This document shows, piece by piece, positions 1 through 8,498 of a stretch of DNA of 36,736 nucleotides (within the stretch, counting starts at the first letter, position 1; every line of letters begins with the position of its first letter). The stretch is from positions 1 to 36,736 of the IMG/VR virus record IMGVR_UViG_3300037462_000677. One strand, given 5' to 3'. The position numbers were made by a program, and so were the translations under genes. The notes beneath the pieces were generated by a model. The model had not been told where the DNA came from. It did not search any database and was given only the letters and a program-made list of their open reading frames with translations. The stretch is from a virus (taxonomy: Duplodnaviria; Caudoviricetes).

Positions 1-123
1 GCGCTGACGGCGCTGATCGGGCTTGCTCAGAACGCCAAAGGCCCCGCGGACGCGGGGCCTTTTGGCGGTTCGGTTAGGGTGGTTGCGGGGGCAGGATTTG
101 AACCTGCGGCCTTCAGGTTATGA
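1..123 (+). CDS. 3' end of a truncated ORF, possibly a site-specific recombinase of a neighbouring element, reading through the tRNA fragment
   Basis: Frame 1 is open from base 1: ALTALIGLAQNAKGPADAGPFGGSVRVVAGAGFEPAAFRL*. The VAGAGFEP tail is the antisense translation of a tRNA 3' end, a pattern I associate with recombinases next to tRNA att sites. Only 40 codons are visible. Confidence 0.45.
   Translation, partial: ALTALIGLAQNAKGPADAGPFGGSVRVVAGAGFEPAAFRL
34..66. terminator. GC-rich hairpin, likely intrinsic terminator downstream of the tRNA CCA end
   Basis: GCCAAAGGCCCCGCG-GA-CGCGGGGCCTTTTGGC, near-perfect inverted repeat with T-runs on both strands. Confidence 0.6.
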
Positions 124-126
124 GCC
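80..126 (-). other. att site: 3' half of tRNA-fMet(CAT), not a complete tRNA
   Basis: Reverse complement is GGCTCATAACCTGAAGGCCGCAGGTTCAAATCCTGCCCCCGCAACCA: CAT anticodon loop, T-arm, acceptor 3' strand and CCA. Similarity stops at 126 and there is no D-arm. Confidence 0.85.
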
Positions 127-692
127 GCAACATACGGTTACTCGAAATCTCTTGATTTCAATTGGTTAACTGACAAGCTTTTGAAATGACGCATGATTTT
201 GTCGGTGCTCACCGACTCTCACCGACGCTCGGCGGATCAAACCGTCACCAAAACTGCGTTCACGGGTTGACCAGGCGTTGACAAGCGATGTTTCCCAACA
301 CGACAGACCATCAAACTGCGAAGGGCGGAAAGCCGTCTGACGGCGGTGCCGTTTGACGCTCGCGTCAACTCTGACAGCGCAGCCGTACTGGCTGACTGCA
401 ACGAGTTCACGGAAGATGAGCAGTGACTACCGAAAGCCGCCCCTCCCCGAGAATAGTACCAGAGGCCAACTTGCGACCAACGTCATGGGCAGACTTGTTG
501 AGCGGATCACGCTGGTACACCTCCTGCGCGTCCTTAGCTGGCCTTCTCTTCGCGACAGCAGCGCGGAGAGCGATCCCTGATGGGCCTAGCAGAAGCTATT
601 GACAAGCAAGGATTTCAGTCAATCGGCAACTTCGCGGTGGCCTTCTGCGGACGCCTTGCATATAACCATCCACGAGTCAATGGCGTAGGATC

Positions 693-1580
693 ATGGTCGG
701 TATGGAAGTGGGAGGCAGTCTGGACCTATCGGCCTACGAGAGGCCGCACGTTCAGGATATGGCTTCTCCCTTTCGTTATCCGGGGGGCAAGGGCTTCCTG
801 ACCGGCTATCTTGCCGCCAAACTTTCCGAGATCGACGCGACCGAAAGGCACTACGCTGAGCCGTTCTGCGGGGGTGCCGGTGCGGCTGTTAATCTCCTGA
901 AGTCCGGCATCGCGCATGTAATCCATTTGAACGATGCGGACATCCGGATCTATTCGGCCTGGCGGGCGATGTTGATCGAAACAGACCGCTTTCTGGACCG
1001 ATTGCGGAGCGCGAAGGTCGACATGGAGGAATGGTACAGATCAATCGATCTGGTCCAGAACGCCGATAACTTCAAAAATTATTCATTCGAATTGGGCTTT
1101 GCGACGTATTTCGTGAACCGAACGAGCAGGTCTGGGATCATTTTGGGCGCAGGTCCGATCGGCGGCTACACCCAGACCGGGCGCTGGAAGATCGACGCTC
1201 GTTGGTATCGGGACAGCATGTCGTCACGGATTCGCTGGCTCGGAACAATGCGGGATCGAGTCCATTTGACGAATGAAGACGCTTTAGCCTTCATGGCGAG
1301 GTCCAGAACTCGGTTACCCCTTAGGGACTGTCTGATCTTCGTCGATCCGCCTTATGTGCAAGTCGGGTCGCGCCTCTACCTCAACGCGATGAACGAGGCC
1401 AAACATAGCGCCCTTGCCGATATGCTACAGGGAGGGACATTCCCGAATTGGATTCTCACTTACGACAACCATCCCCTGATTCACAAACTGTATGCGCAGC
1501 GCCGGATCGAGACCATTTCCGTGAACTACAGCCTCAGGACCACGCGCAAGGAGAAGGAAGTCCTAGTTCGGTCTTTCTAG
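693..1580 (+). CDS. Dam-like (D12 class) DNA adenine methyltransferase
   Basis: SPFRYPGGKG, YAEPFCGGAG (motif I), FVDPPY (motif IV), WILTYD. Alternative start at ATG 759. Confidence 0.9.
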   Translation: MVGMEVGGSLDLSAYERPHVQDMASPFRYPGGKGFLTGYLAAKLSEIDATERHYAEPFCGGAGAAVNLLKSGIAHVIHLNDADIRIYSAWRAMLIETDRFLDRLRSAKVDMEEWYRSIDLVQNADNFKNYSFELGFATYFVNRTSRSGIILGAGPIGGYTQTGRWKIDARWYRDSMSSRIRWLGTMRDRVHLTNEDALAFMARSRTRLPLRDCLIFVDPPYVQVGSRLYLNAMNEAKHSALADMLQGGTFPNWILTYDNHPLIHKLYAQRRIETISVNYSLRTTRKEKEVLVRSF

Positions 1581-2551
1581 GCCGCCAAGGCAAAGACGCG
1601 GTAATCTGCGAGCCAATTGGTGATCTGGGCTACATTCCCCGCTTCGTCCATGGGCATGCCCTGCTTTGCCAAGGAGATTCCGGCCAGCGCGTGTTTCGGA
1701 GTTGTGCACCTTTCGCAGACATGGCCGTGCTTGTTTGACGCTTGGTTCCAGAGAAGATCATCAACCACTCTAAACGGAATTAGCGTCACAAAATTGTGCT
1801 GTCCGGTCCCAATGTCATCGAAGAAGTCGTTGATGAATTGCCGATATTCAAGGTTTGCCGGTTTCTCAAGCCAGTTGTGACCCGAAGCTAGTTGGCCGAA
1901 CCAGATCGCCGACGGGGGCGGGCGATCTTGGAATGGCCATCCGATCACATCTATTCCGCCATCTTTGGCTTGCGGATTCGCGTGTCGTCCAGGCTTGTCC
2001 CTCGGTGCCAGCCCGATGCCCCAACTTTCCGCCCGCCGCAACGCGTCCAGGATGCTTTCCTTCGTTTCCCTTGGAAAGCCCAGACTGATCGCCGGTCCGC
2101 CGGCGTGACCGGCCACGGCAAGGGTTCCCATAACTTGGTACACCCGGTTCCGGAACCGCGTCAGGATATCTCCCGCTGGAGGGGTAGTGAGTATCGGCGA
2201 CTTGGAAATGTGAGAAGCAATCAAGCAAAGAAGATAGAAGCAAGCGTTCTCACTGTCCGTCGGGACAGTGAACCCGATCTCTTCTCCATCATCGGTCATA
2301 TCGAAGGGATAGGCAGCACCGAGGCTCTTCTTGCGATTTTCAAGTTCGGTTTCGATTTCGGAGCGGAACGCGTCGTCGGCAACGTCGAATTCGGCGATAT
2401 CTTCAGGTTGCTCTTCCTCCAAGGTGCGTCGCCCCCCCGAAAGCTCGTCGAGGCGAGCCTTGCCGAATTCATCGAAAAATGCGCGCAGTTCCAACCAGTC
2501 AAGCTGAACGTCCGCCGCCGCATTTGATGCGGGCAATACGAGCAACGCCAT
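1577..2551 (-). CDS. Hypothetical protein, possible PD-(D/E)xK / Mrr-like nuclease fold
   Basis: 324-aa ORF with KDGGIDVIGW...WFGQLASGHNWLEK, resembling the D-x-G-x-D...Q motif of Mrr-like nucleases. Starts 1 nt after the upstream gene ends. Confidence 0.6.
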   Translation of the reverse strand: MALLVLPASNAAADVQLDWLELRAFFDEFGKARLDELSGGRRTLEEEQPEDIAEFDVADDAFRSEIETELENRKKSLGAAYPFDMTDDGEEIGFTVPTDSENACFYLLCLIASHISKSPILTTPPAGDILTRFRNRVYQVMGTLAVAGHAGGPAISLGFPRETKESILDALRRAESWGIGLAPRDKPGRHANPQAKDGGIDVIGWPFQDRPPPSAIWFGQLASGHNWLEKPANLEYRQFINDFFDDIGTGQHNFVTLIPFRVVDDLLWNQASNKHGHVCERCTTPKHALAGISLAKQGMPMDEAGNVAQITNWLADYRVFALAA

Positions 2552-2552
2552 T

Positions 2553-3689
2553 TTACTTCTTCTCTGCCTTCGAGATCTTTCGCTCCATCACCGCGAGGAT
2601 CGAGTCGGCGCGAACCGAGCAGCTTTGGGCAAATTCAAGAAGTTCCGGTTGGGCCTCGGGGTCATAGTCCGCGGCCGTCTCGAGGCTGACTTTCAGGGTT
2701 GCAGCCGATGCCACGATATTCGAAGCGAACAAACTCGAGCGCGGAGTTGCGGTTACCACCGCGTCCTCCAAATTGCCGCGCTCGGTCAGTTCCCGTAGAG
2801 CGGCTGGGTGCGCAATCACTGCCTTGAGACGGTTCAAATCTTTGGCTTGGGTTTGAATTACCGGATCAACGCCATCTCGCTTTGAACCGTAAAGCCACTT
2901 CAAGAGCCGTCGCAGCTCCTCCACCTTTGCAGGCGGGACCGGATCCACAATCGGGTCAGATGTTCGGGCGGGGCGCTCCATTCCGAGATATGTCGTGAAC
3001 TCTGTATAGGAAAGCGCCGTGTAGAGATGGGAAAAGCTGAAAGACTTCTTGGTGCGCTCGTCGAGATCATAGATCCCCGCGCTTTCTGCCTGGCGTATCA
3101 CGTAGGCGGCCGTGACCATTCGCAGAAGAGTGTCATGCTTGTCCCCCATCCGCGAAGCAATATCGGACAACGAAAGACCGTCGGGCTTCGCTCGTTCGGT
3201 GTCAAGCCAGCGCTGGGCAAATAGGGCCTTGGCATATGCATCCCATGACTGAGGGCCGTTGATATGCTTGAACCCGATAAGGTTCTTCGCCCCGTCTTTG
3301 TCCGCGACGCGGTAGACCAAGATCTTTTGGAACGAAGCCAAAACCTCATCCGCTAGGGTATCCGGTGTCGAAACTCCGCATTCTTTCGCAAGAGCTTTGT
3401 CCCGGAGGCATTTGATCGCTGCCAAGCGACGGTTGCCCTCCAACACCACAAGTCGGTCATTCGCCGCATAGACGATCATCGGTTCGATGCCGATGTAGCC
3501 ATTGAAGCCAAGTGATTGGATCAATTCGCCCAAATCGGCAGTACGATTCAGTTGGATAATGATGGCCTGGTCGGACGTGTTCTCCGGTTCCTTATCCGGA
3601 GTGAAACGCGGATTCTCCCGGTCGAAATCGAGAAGGTCCACCGACACCGGCGTCGGTTTGGAAAGTGGAACGTCATCTTCTAGGGCCAT
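2553..3689 (-). CDS. ParB/Srx-like N-terminal domain protein
   Basis: LLDFDRENPRF, EPMIV, VVLEGNRRLAAIK (ParB GxRR box), then an HTH-like LSDIASRMG. ATG 3689 is preceded by GGAAG. Confidence 0.8.
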   Translation of the reverse strand: MALEDDVPLSKPTPVSVDLLDFDRENPRFTPDKEPENTSDQAIIIQLNRTADLGELIQSLGFNGYIGIEPMIVYAANDRLVVLEGNRRLAAIKCLRDKALAKECGVSTPDTLADEVLASFQKILVYRVADKDGAKNLIGFKHINGPQSWDAYAKALFAQRWLDTERAKPDGLSLSDIASRMGDKHDTLLRMVTAAYVIRQAESAGIYDLDERTKKSFSFSHLYTALSYTEFTTYLGMERPARTSDPIVDPVPPAKVEELRRLLKWLYGSKRDGVDPVIQTQAKDLNRLKAVIAHPAALRELTERGNLEDAVVTATPRSSLFASNIVASAATLKVSLETAADYDPEAQPELLEFAQSCSVRADSILAVMERKISKAEKK

Positions 3690-4019
3690 GGCCGGTCTTC
3701 CATAATCTTCTTTTGGGGTTCGAATCAAAGACCAAACCCCGCGCTGCGACACGCGTTTCAAGCTGTTGCTGGCACCTTGCCCCGACACCGGGTGAATGCC
3801 AACAGCAAACTCGCTCTGGCCATAGTCTCCGGCCGGTTTGTGCGCCGTCGCCGAAGGTCAGTGCGGATCTGGGGCCATCACCGACCGCTGCCAAAAGGCG
3901 CTGACCATGATCAAACCGTCCGCGCAGGCGCTGTTATGTTTCCGAAAGGTACACGCCATGCTTGCTGGGCCACTTCACCCAATCCCTCGTACTTCCAGCC
4001 CGGAATCGCTCCTTGCCGT

Positions 4020-4046
4020 CAATTCCACCTTCCGCCTGTATTCCGG
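4020..4046 (+). repeat. 27-bp repeat copy 1, upstream of the integrase
   Basis: CAATTCCACCTTCCGCCTGTATTCCGG; 26/27 identical to 6530-6556. Confidence 0.85.
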
Positions 4047-4118
4047 TCCCTGCCCCGTGGTCCGACTTGATAGCGGCGCGGGTCTACGCCTGTGTCGTCG
4101 GGCAAGGAGGCGGAATGG

Positions 4119-5390
4119 ATGGTCAAGAGACTGAAACTGAATGAGAAGACTCTGCGCGAGGCGGAACCGAAGCCCGGCGTCAGCTATCAGATCTTCGACA
4201 CGGAGGTGATCGGCTTCGCCGCCCGGGTGCAGGCCTCGGGCGCGCGGACCTTCACCATCGACTACCGGTATGCCGGGCGGCAGCGGCGGATGACCATCGG
4301 GCGCTGGCCGGAGTGGAGCGTCACGGCCGCCCGCGAACGCGCCAAGGAACTGCGCCGCGCCATTGATGAGGGACAGGATCCTCTGGCCGCGCGCGACGAG
4401 TGGCGCGGGGCACCGCGCGTCACGGACATGATCGACCGATACATCGCCGAACATCTGCCGAAACTCGCCAAGACCAATGCGGGCGACCAGGTCTCGATGC
4501 TGAAGAAGATGCTGGAACCGGCCTGGGGCACCCGTCTGGTGACGGAAATCACCAAGTCCGACGTGGCCAAGTTCCTCGATTTCGTGGCTGAGGGCCGCCC
4601 CCGCCCCTGCAAGCAGAAGCCCAACAATCGCGCCCGGAAACTGCAGGGTCACAAGCCCACGCCGATCCGCGCCAACCGGATGGGCGAGGTGCTGCGCAAG
4701 ATGTTCACACTGGCCGTGGAATGGGAATGGCGGACAGACAACCCCGCGCAGGGGTTCCATCGGCGCATCGAACACGCCCGTGAACGGTTCCTGTCACCAG
4801 AGGAACTGACCCGGCTGGCGGCTGTGCTGGATGCCGCCGAGGATCAGCGCGCCGCGGCGATCATCCGCATGTGCATGCTGACCGGCGCCCGGGTGGGCGA
4901 GGTTCGGACGGCGCGGTTTGAACAGTTCAACCTCGACTACGCCATCTGGTCGAAACCCGCCTCGACCACCAAGCAGCGCAAGATTCACCGCGTCCCGATT
5001 TCGCAGGACGTGGCGGCCATCGTACGGTTGCGCCAGCAGGTGGTGCCACGCGGCAACCAGTGGCTGTTCCCCGGCGACACGGTCGGCCAGCCGGTGCGGG
5101 AAATCCGCCGCTTCTGGGCCAAGGTCCAGAAGGACGCCGGGCTGGCCGACGTCCGTATCCATGACCTGCGCCACACCTTCGCCTCGCTGCTGGTCAGTGG
5201 CGGTGCGTCGCTGGAAATGATCGGCAAGCTCTTGGGCCACAGCCAGATGCAGACCACGCAGCGCTACGCACACCTTATGGATTCCCCCCTGCGCGCGGGC
5301 GTCGACACTGTGGCCAGCCTCCTGCGCCCGCGGCCGCGCCTTGTGCATGACGCGGCGCAGGAGGAGGCCGACCTGCCGAAATCGGCCTGA
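4119..5390 (+). CDS. int: Tyrosine integrase with N-terminal arm-binding domain
   Basis: Arm domain (RRMTIGRWPEWSVTAARERA), catalytic TGAR, HDLRH, LLGH and RY motifs; GGAGG before ATG 4119. Confidence 0.95.
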   Translation: MVKRLKLNEKTLREAEPKPGVSYQIFDTEVIGFAARVQASGARTFTIDYRYAGRQRRMTIGRWPEWSVTAARERAKELRRAIDEGQDPLAARDEWRGAPRVTDMIDRYIAEHLPKLAKTNAGDQVSMLKKMLEPAWGTRLVTEITKSDVAKFLDFVAEGRPRPCKQKPNNRARKLQGHKPTPIRANRMGEVLRKMFTLAVEWEWRTDNPAQGFHRRIEHARERFLSPEELTRLAAVLDAAEDQRAAAIIRMCMLTGARVGEVRTARFEQFNLDYAIWSKPASTTKQRKIHRVPISQDVAAIVRLRQQVVPRGNQWLFPGDTVGQPVREIRRFWAKVQKDAGLADVRIHDLRHTFASLLVSGGASLEMIGKLLGHSQMQTTQRYAHLMDSPLRAGVDTVASLLRPRPRLVHDAAQEEADLPKSA

Positions 5391-5393
5391 CCG

Positions 5394-6017
5394 TCACGCG
5401 GCATCCTCGCCGCGCAACCTGCGCCAGAGCGAGGACAGCCGCTTGCGGATGGTGCTTTCATCCGGCACTTCGCCCGACTTCGAGTTCTGAACGAACCAGT
5501 CCTGCACCAGCGTGACCAGCGCGGTCTGGGTATCGGGTACGCCCTTTTCGAACAGGAACCACGTCAGCCACGCGTACATCGCGTCCCAATCGTAGCGCGG
5601 GCTGGCCCCGATGGTTGAAGCCGGGCGCCGCAGCAGATCGCGTTCCTCTTCGAAGGCCTGCAGCGTTCCGGAATCCAGCAGCAGGTCGGAAGACCGGACC
5701 AGCACCCCCTCGGCCGGATCGGTGATCGTAAGCCAGGTCTTGCTGCCGAGCGGCATGACCCGCCTGAGCCTGGCCTGCTCATCGCTCGGACCCATTCGCC
5801 GGAACATCCCCATCAGTTCCGCCATCGGCACCTGGACCATTCCGGCAACCGTCTCCTCGCCGCAGAGGACGGGCGGAATGCCCGCCACTACATGCAGATG
5901 CCCTGCCGCTGCCCAGCCCGCCACATCGGCCGGGGGGCAACCCCAGCGCACGGCGATTTCGTAGATCGAGAAGAATGCGACGGGGGGCAGTGGCATCGGG
6001 AAACTCCTTTCAGACAT
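5394..6017 (-). CDS. Hypothetical protein, probable DNA-binding regulator
   Basis: HTH-like N-terminus (YEIAVRWGC) and C-terminus (RYDWD...VPDESTIRKRL); convergent with int. Start uncertain (6047, 6017 or 5996). Confidence 0.65.
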   Translation of the reverse strand: MSERSFPMPLPPVAFFSIYEIAVRWGCPPADVAGWAAAGHLHVVAGIPPVLCGEETVAGMVQVPMAELMGMFRRMGPSDEQARLRRVMPLGSKTWLTITDPAEGVLVRSSDLLLDSGTLQAFEEERDLLRRPASTIGASPRYDWDAMYAWLTWFLFEKGVPDTQTALVTLVQDWFVQNSKSGEVPDESTIRKRLSSLWRRLRGEDAA

Positions 6018-6298
6018 GCAGCATCCTTCGGCCAGGGCCGTCGGCATGCAGGTTACAAATGACCCGCCGTGCCGAGCACGTGGGCGTACTGGGGTTCAGA
6101 GCACGTCGTCGAGGAAAACCGCCTGTAAGCCAGAGGCACACCGTGACCGGCGTGCGCATCCGACTGCGTTCGTCTTTTCGATTCTTATGGACTGCTCAAC
6201 GACGAATCTACTCAGCCGACGGGCGAGTCTGCAACAGGCATCCCGTGCGCTTCGACCATCGTCGGCAGAGTTTCGGTGGATATCGTCGAGCGCCTCCG

Positions 6299-6313
6299 GA
6301 ACGCGACCGGAAC
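6299..6313. promoter_or_regulatory. Putative alphaproteobacterial LexA box
   Basis: GAAC-GCGACCG-GAAC matches GAAC-N7-GAAC, in the divergent intergenic region. Confidence 0.4.
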
Positions 6314-6529
6314 GACCCATTCCGGCAATTCCGGCCCCGACAGAACCGGCGAATCCGTCCCAACACCGCTCAATCGGCCCGCCCCGGAGAGAGTGGTAAC
6401 GCTGGCGCATGGATCGCCGCCCGGAACCGGCTCGGATGACGGTTCCCGAGACGCCTTCCAGCGGTGACCCTAGCGAGCCTCAAGGCGTAAACCTCAATGA
6501 AACAAGGGGTGGAACCGGGTGGTGGTCTG

Positions 6530-6556
6530 CAATTCCACCTTCCGCCTGTCTTCCGG
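6530..6556 (+). repeat. 27-bp repeat copy 2, upstream of the Xis-like gene
   Basis: CAATTCCACCTTCCGCCTGTCTTCCGG. Confidence 0.85.
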
Positions 6557-6620
6557 CCCTCGCGCTCTGCTTCGCTGCCCCAGCCCCCGCCAGAGGGGCG
6601 AAAGGCCAACGGAGCAGCCC

Positions 6621-6869
6621 ATGAAGGACATCCAGACCGATCTCGACGAAGACATCCCCGACCTGCTGGCTGACTGGATCAGCCGGGAGCAGTTGGCCCG
6701 GGCGCTGGGCCTGACGGCCGATACGCTGTCCCGGTGGGAAGCCCGCCGCCAGGGGCCGCCCTGCACACGCATAGGTCGAAAGACCTTCTATCGCCGCGCC
6801 GCCATCCAGGAATGGATCCGGTCGCAGGAGCAGGCCCATCCGGTGCGCAAGACGCGGGGGCGGTCATGA
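6621..6869 (+). CDS. Excisionase/AlpA-like HTH DNA-binding protein
   Basis: ISREQLARALGLTADTLSRWEARRQGPPCTRIGRKTFYRRAAIQEW; GGAG before ATG 6621. Confidence 0.85.
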   Translation: MKDIQTDLDEDIPDLLADWISREQLARALGLTADTLSRWEARRQGPPCTRIGRKTFYRRAAIQEWIRSQEQAHPVRKTRGRS

Positions 6870-7105
6870 CGATCCAGCCCTACAGTTCCGCCTGGCCCGC
6901 CGACCGCGTGGCCGAGGCGCGCGCCGTGATCGCCGATGTCGCGCATCACAGCGATCTCCTGATCCGGCTCGCCTGCAACGTGCTCGTCCAGCATGGCGAG
7001 ACTCCGGGCGAACGTGCCGATGCCCAGCGCCTGCTTGTCGTCGTGGACGCGCGGCGGCCGGTGCGGCGCGCCCAGCGCGAAGATCAGGAAAGGGCCGTGC
7101 GATGA
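6866..7105 (+). CDS. Hypothetical phage protein
   Basis: 79 aa (MTIQPYSSAW...), with 4-nt overlaps to both neighbours. Confidence 0.7.
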   Translation: MTIQPYSSAWPADRVAEARAVIADVAHHSDLLIRLACNVLVQHGETPGERADAQRLLVVVDARRPVRRAQREDQERAVR

Positions 7106-7497
7106 TGCGCCGTGGCACCCCCGAGGCCGATCTCCAGCGAGCCGTCGTGCAGGCGCTGCGCATGGCCCTGCCCCGCACCGCCATCGTCCATCACTGCGCC
7201 AACGAGGTGACCGAAGCTGGGCCCCGCGGGGCCCGGCGCCAGGCGATCCTTGTCGGCATGGGCGTCCATGCCGGGTTCGCCGATCTGATGGTCCTGTGCG
7301 AGGGCCGCGTCCTCTTCCTCGAACTGAAGGCACCGAAGGGGCGGCTGCGGCCGGAGCAGGAGGCGTTTCGCGACGCGGTACAGGCGCAGGGGTTCGGCTG
7401 GGCGCTGGTGCGCAGCCTCGACGATGCGCTGGGCGCGCTGGCCGATCACGGCTTCACCACGCGCATCGCCGCTGCCCCGCGGAGGCCTGCGCCATGA
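7102..7497 (+). CDS. VRR-NUC domain nuclease
   Basis: EADLQ...GVHAGFADL...FLELKAPKGRLRPEQEAF. Confidence 0.85.
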   Translation: MMRRGTPEADLQRAVVQALRMALPRTAIVHHCANEVTEAGPRGARRQAILVGMGVHAGFADLMVLCEGRVLFLELKAPKGRLRPEQEAFRDAVQAQGFGWALVRSLDDALGALADHGFTTRIAAAPRRPAP

Positions 7498-8498
7498 GCC
7501 ACGAGGCCACCAACTGGGCCATCAAGCAGCGCGGGTTGAAGCCCACGACCAAGATCGTGCTCTGGCACCTCTGCGACCGGTTCAACCCCGACTACGGCTG
7601 CTTTCCCTCGCAGGACCGGCTGGCGCATGACTGCGAGATCAGCCGGTCCACGCTGAACGATCACCTGGGCCAGCTGGAGACCGTGGGCCTGCTGCGGCGC
7701 GTGCCTCGGCTCGATCCTGTCACCAAGCGCCAGCTGCCGACTCGCTACATCCTGGGGTTTGAGCCGGGCTTCACACCTGTGGCTGTGGTGCCGTGTCCGG
7801 AAATCGGACACGGGGATGACGGCGCTGCGGAAATCGCCGACATGGCAGAGGGTTCGCCCCCGGATGCCACGGCCGACGCCCTGCCGTGTCCGGATTTCGG
7901 ACACGGGGATGACGCGGAAGCCGTGTCCGATTTTCAGGCCGACCCGTGTCCGGAAAATCCCGAAAGCCGTGTCCGGAATCCGGACACTAACACTGTAAGG
8001 GAACCTCTAAGTAAACCAGTAAAGGAGGAGGGCGCGCAAGCGCGCGAGGCGATTTCCGATGAGGTTTTCGGGGATCTGCTCGACGCGCTGGGCCTCGACC
8101 CCGCCGCCCTGCCCGGCTGGTGGCAAGGCCGGCCGCCCCGGCTGCACGTCCAGCGCTGGCGCGACGAACTGGGCCTGACCGAGGCCGAGATCATCGCTGC
8201 GGCCGAAGCCTCCCGCCAGGAGCACCCGGAACCGCCCGATGGGCCGAAGGCGCTGGATCGCACCATGCAGCGCGCCGCCCAGCGCAAGGTCGAGGATGTG
8301 GGCCGGAAGCGCCGGAAGCCCAAGGCACCCCCTGCCCCGGCCGTGAAGCCGATCACCGACCTGCCCGCCTTCTACGCCGAGCTGGTCAACTCCGACCGCT
8401 ACCTGCCGGTCAGCGCGATCAGCAACACGATGCGCGACGCCATGCTGGCCCGAGGGCTGGTGACGCCGAAACGCCTGCGCGAGCGCGGGGTGCGGTGA
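7494..8498 (+). CDS. HTH replication initiator (lambda O analogue)
   Basis: N-terminal winged HTH (KIVLWHLCD...CFPSQDRLAHDCEISRSTLNDHL); central iteron-coded PCP repeats; ATGA overlap with the upstream gene. Confidence 0.8.
   Translation: MSHEATNWAIKQRGLKPTTKIVLWHLCDRFNPDYGCFPSQDRLAHDCEISRSTLNDHLGQLETVGLLRRVPRLDPVTKRQLPTRYILGFEPGFTPVAVVPCPEIGHGDDGAAEIADMAEGSPPDATADALPCPDFGHGDDAEAVSDFQADPCPENPESRVRNPDTNTVREPLSKPVKEEGAQAREAISDEVFGDLLDALGLDPAALPGWWQGRPPRLHVQRWRDELGLTEAEIIAAAEASRQEHPEPPDGPKALDRTMQRAAQRKVEDVGRKRRKPKAPPAPAVKPITDLPAFYAELVNSDRYLPVSAISNTMRDAMLARGLVTPKRLRERGVR
7791..8023. repeat. Iteron cluster plus A/T-richer tract, putative phage origin
   Basis: CCGTGTCCG at 7791, 7884, 7921, 7944 and 7967; three copies are completed as palindromes with CGGACAC; A-rich tract at 7988-8023. 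Confidence 0.75.

Noticed and set aside
80-126. Functional tRNA-Met gene
   Set aside because: The 5' half and D-arm are missing; treated as an att duplication.
598-623. ATTGAC-N14-GTCAAT inverted repeat with TTGACA upstream of the Dam-like gene
   Set aside because: Only 6-bp arms, no good -10 at proper spacing and no controller gene nearby.
6993-8494. Long N-terminal extensions of ORFs 6993..8498 and 8120..9571 (also 21634..23547 and 24377..25330)
   Set aside because: They overlap better-supported genes; coupled internal starts explain the real proteins.
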